DNA of 64,000 nt, from the NCBI GenBank assembly GCA_964019335.1, contig OZ025659.1, positions 558,001 to 622,000 on the forward strand, in the 5' to 3' direction. This DNA is from Diplonema japonicum (taxonomy: Eukaryota; Protista; Euglenozoa: Diplonemea). Below the pieces are notes generated by a model, which searched no databases, was not told the DNA's origin, and worked only from the letters and a program-made list of their open reading frames with translations. Position numbers and translations under genes: made by a program. Of this stretch, positions 61,969-64,000 are shown piece by piece; position 1 is the first letter of the stretch, and each line of letters opens with the position of its first letter.

Positions 61969-62340
61969 AAGCGATTCTTTTTCTTTTTTTTTCTTCTTAC
62001 AAATATTTATCTTTTCAACAAAAAGAAAAATGAATTTACAACTATATGCAACTTATGCCCAGCAATGACATGTAGACATAAAGAATTGTTTTTCTCTCTC
62101 TTCCCCTCCCCTCCCCTCTCCTCTCCTCGCATTGGTACCCTTTGCAGCCGACTCTGACGTTAAAGATCGATTTTTTTCTTCTTTTTTTTCCTGTTTCCAC
62201 AGAAATTACACCATTTATTTATTTATTTATTTTTTTTTTTTGCCGCCTTTTTTTTTTTTTTTCTTCGAAAATAATCCGGCCTTCAAAAAAAAAAAAAAAG
62301 AAAAAGAAAAAAAGAAAAAAGGGGGGGGAAAAAAAAGAGA

Positions 62341-63238
62341 ATGACTGCGTACCAGAAGGGTGTGTTTCGCACCGATGCCCCGCCGTTGCATGTTGGGCGC
62401 AAGGCGAATCAGGAGCTGGCAGAACGTCGGTCGCAAAGCGCTGATTTCCACAAGAAGAACAAGATAGAATGCACAGCAACTCGGGATCATCTTGTGGTGG
62501 GGAAGGCACCTTGCGTGGAACACCCCACACCAAAGCCCCACAAGCACCTAGTAGATGGCGTCCGTGCGAACAAGTCAAGGTGCCCATGGGACGTGGCACA
62601 ACTGTCTGCCCGGAACAAACATAAGGGAAGGAAGAATGTAGACACATCTACGTATTACAGAGAAAAGAAGTTCGGGAAGGGATCAGGACTTGCTCCTGTG
62701 TGGGAAAGCGATGCTGCCGCAAAATTCGTCTACCCTGACAGAGAGGGTGGCGGTGCGCCGAACAAAAAGAAGACCGATCCCAACAAATCTGGTGGGTCGG
62801 TGGAAAGTACAGTTGAAAGAAGATGGAAACCCTCTAGGAAGCATCTTGAATGCAGCAAGAGTCAATCTGCGGAATACGCGCCTCCTCACAAGCAGCTCTC
62901 TTACCAACGGCGTTCGTCGGCTACCAGCCTTTGGGGCCCCGAACCCGGTCCTGCGAAGGTGACCCGTTCAGCTTCCGCGGAACTTCGCCCACGGTCCAGG
63001 TCCCCCTTCGCCACCTCCTTCGACCTTCCCCAGGCCAAGCCCTCCCCTTTGAATATCGAACCGAGCCGTAGCTGTCCGTATGATGCTAATTATAGGCCGT
63101 CGCAAGGGCCGACCCATATGGAACCCGGAAAGAGGTGTGTGGGGAATTTAAAAAAAAAAAAAAATCAGAAACGAGTTCCGTCCGCGTACTAGAATCTTCT
63201 CTGCTTCCGACAGCCGTCAGAAGATTTTCGGGTTTTAG
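62341..63238 (+). CDS. Basic low-complexity hypothetical protein (probably 2 exons)
   Basis: ORF 62341-63192; likely poly-A intron 63135-63168 gives the C-terminus RNEFRPRTRIFSASDSRQKIFGF*. Confidence 0.55.
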
Positions 63239-63361
63239 GGAGGGGAAGAGGATTTTTTTTTTTTTTTTGTTCGTCCGATGAAATGATGTATACACACTTT
63301 TTTTTTTTTTAGTACATTTTTTGCTTTTTTTGTTTTTCCAGGCTCATTTCCCCTCCCTGCT

Positions 63362-63396
<35 letters not shown>

Positions 63397-63813
63397 CGCC
63401 CGAAAAAAAAAGAAAAGAATAGAAGAAACAAAGGGAGTAAAAGTGTTTTTTTTTTCCCCTCCACAGTACACCCCCCCCCCCCCCCCCCCCGCTATATGTT
63501 CTCCCTTATCTCTTTAAGAAAAAGTTGATTTTTTATTTTTTTTTATTTTACTCATCAAACAAGGTACGTTACATGCCCCACTCATCTCCTTTCCCCTCCC
63601 TTTTTTTTCCAGTTTTTTTTTTCTTTTTACAATATCCTTTTTTTGTGGGGAAAGAAATGTTTTTTTTTTCTTCTTATTCTTCTTTTAGTGTGTTTTATTT
63701 TCTTCTTTGTTGTTCCCCTTTTTTTTTCATTGCGTATAAAATGACGTATTCTTACAAAGAAGGGGTAACGCGGGGGGTGCAAGAAAAAAGAGAAAAAAAA
63801 GAGAGAAAAAAAC

Positions 63814-64000
63814 ATGGCAAAAAAAGATCTGTCCGATGCGGCAAACTGTGTTACGTCACGGCAAACCAAGCTGAGCCCGGAGCTGGAGTGGATGTTATAT
63901 ATGATGGTGTGGTATCTCTGCGAGGGGAGGGAAAGCGAAACGGCCGCAAAGGAGTGCGTGGCAGCGTTAAAAAAAATGTGGCAGGCGAACTACTCCATCC
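63814..64000 (+). CDS. 5' end of a gene running off the window
   Basis: ATG after an A-rich leader, open to the window end (MAKKDLSDAANC...ELEWMLYMMVWYLCEG). Confidence 0.45.
   Translation, partial: MAKKDLSDAANCVTSRQTKLSPELEWMLYMMVWYLCEGRESETAAKECVAALKKMWQANYSI

Overview
Eukaryotic nuclear DNA, most likely a diplonemid-type euglenozoan. This is an inference from three things: all ~31 host genes lie on the + strand as in a polycistronic cluster, kinetoplastid-like proteins such as MORN1 are present, and there are many short GT-AG cis-introns. I reconstructed about 28 introns by hand (mostly 32-88 nt, many filled with poly-A), so the ORF track splits or mis-extends many genes. Housekeeping and cytoskeletal genes: eIF3a, two identical beta-tubulins, MORN1, NME7, GNL1, SNF8/VPS22, a cyclophilin, QPRT with a PTS1, a crotonase with a PTS1, an ADCK kinase, an FHA-MAP3K and a GT10 fucosyltransferase. 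Notable items: (1) 5'-truncated non-LTR retroelements that all sit in sense orientation in T-tracts, end in a hairpin followed by poly-T rather than poly-A, share a C-terminal QKGSI[N/K]R* peptide, and stack inside a host intron without breaking the gene; (2) a dispersed 35-60 bp hairpin motif matching the 3' end of one of the intronic inserts; (3) a piggyBac family, one copy of which abuts the TTAA of a 28S rRNA fragment at the Pokey/R2 hotspot; (4) a five-member cluster of unrecognised Cys-rich secreted proteins; (5) a PEBP-acyltransferase-3 fusion. Long homopolymer lengths may be unreliable.
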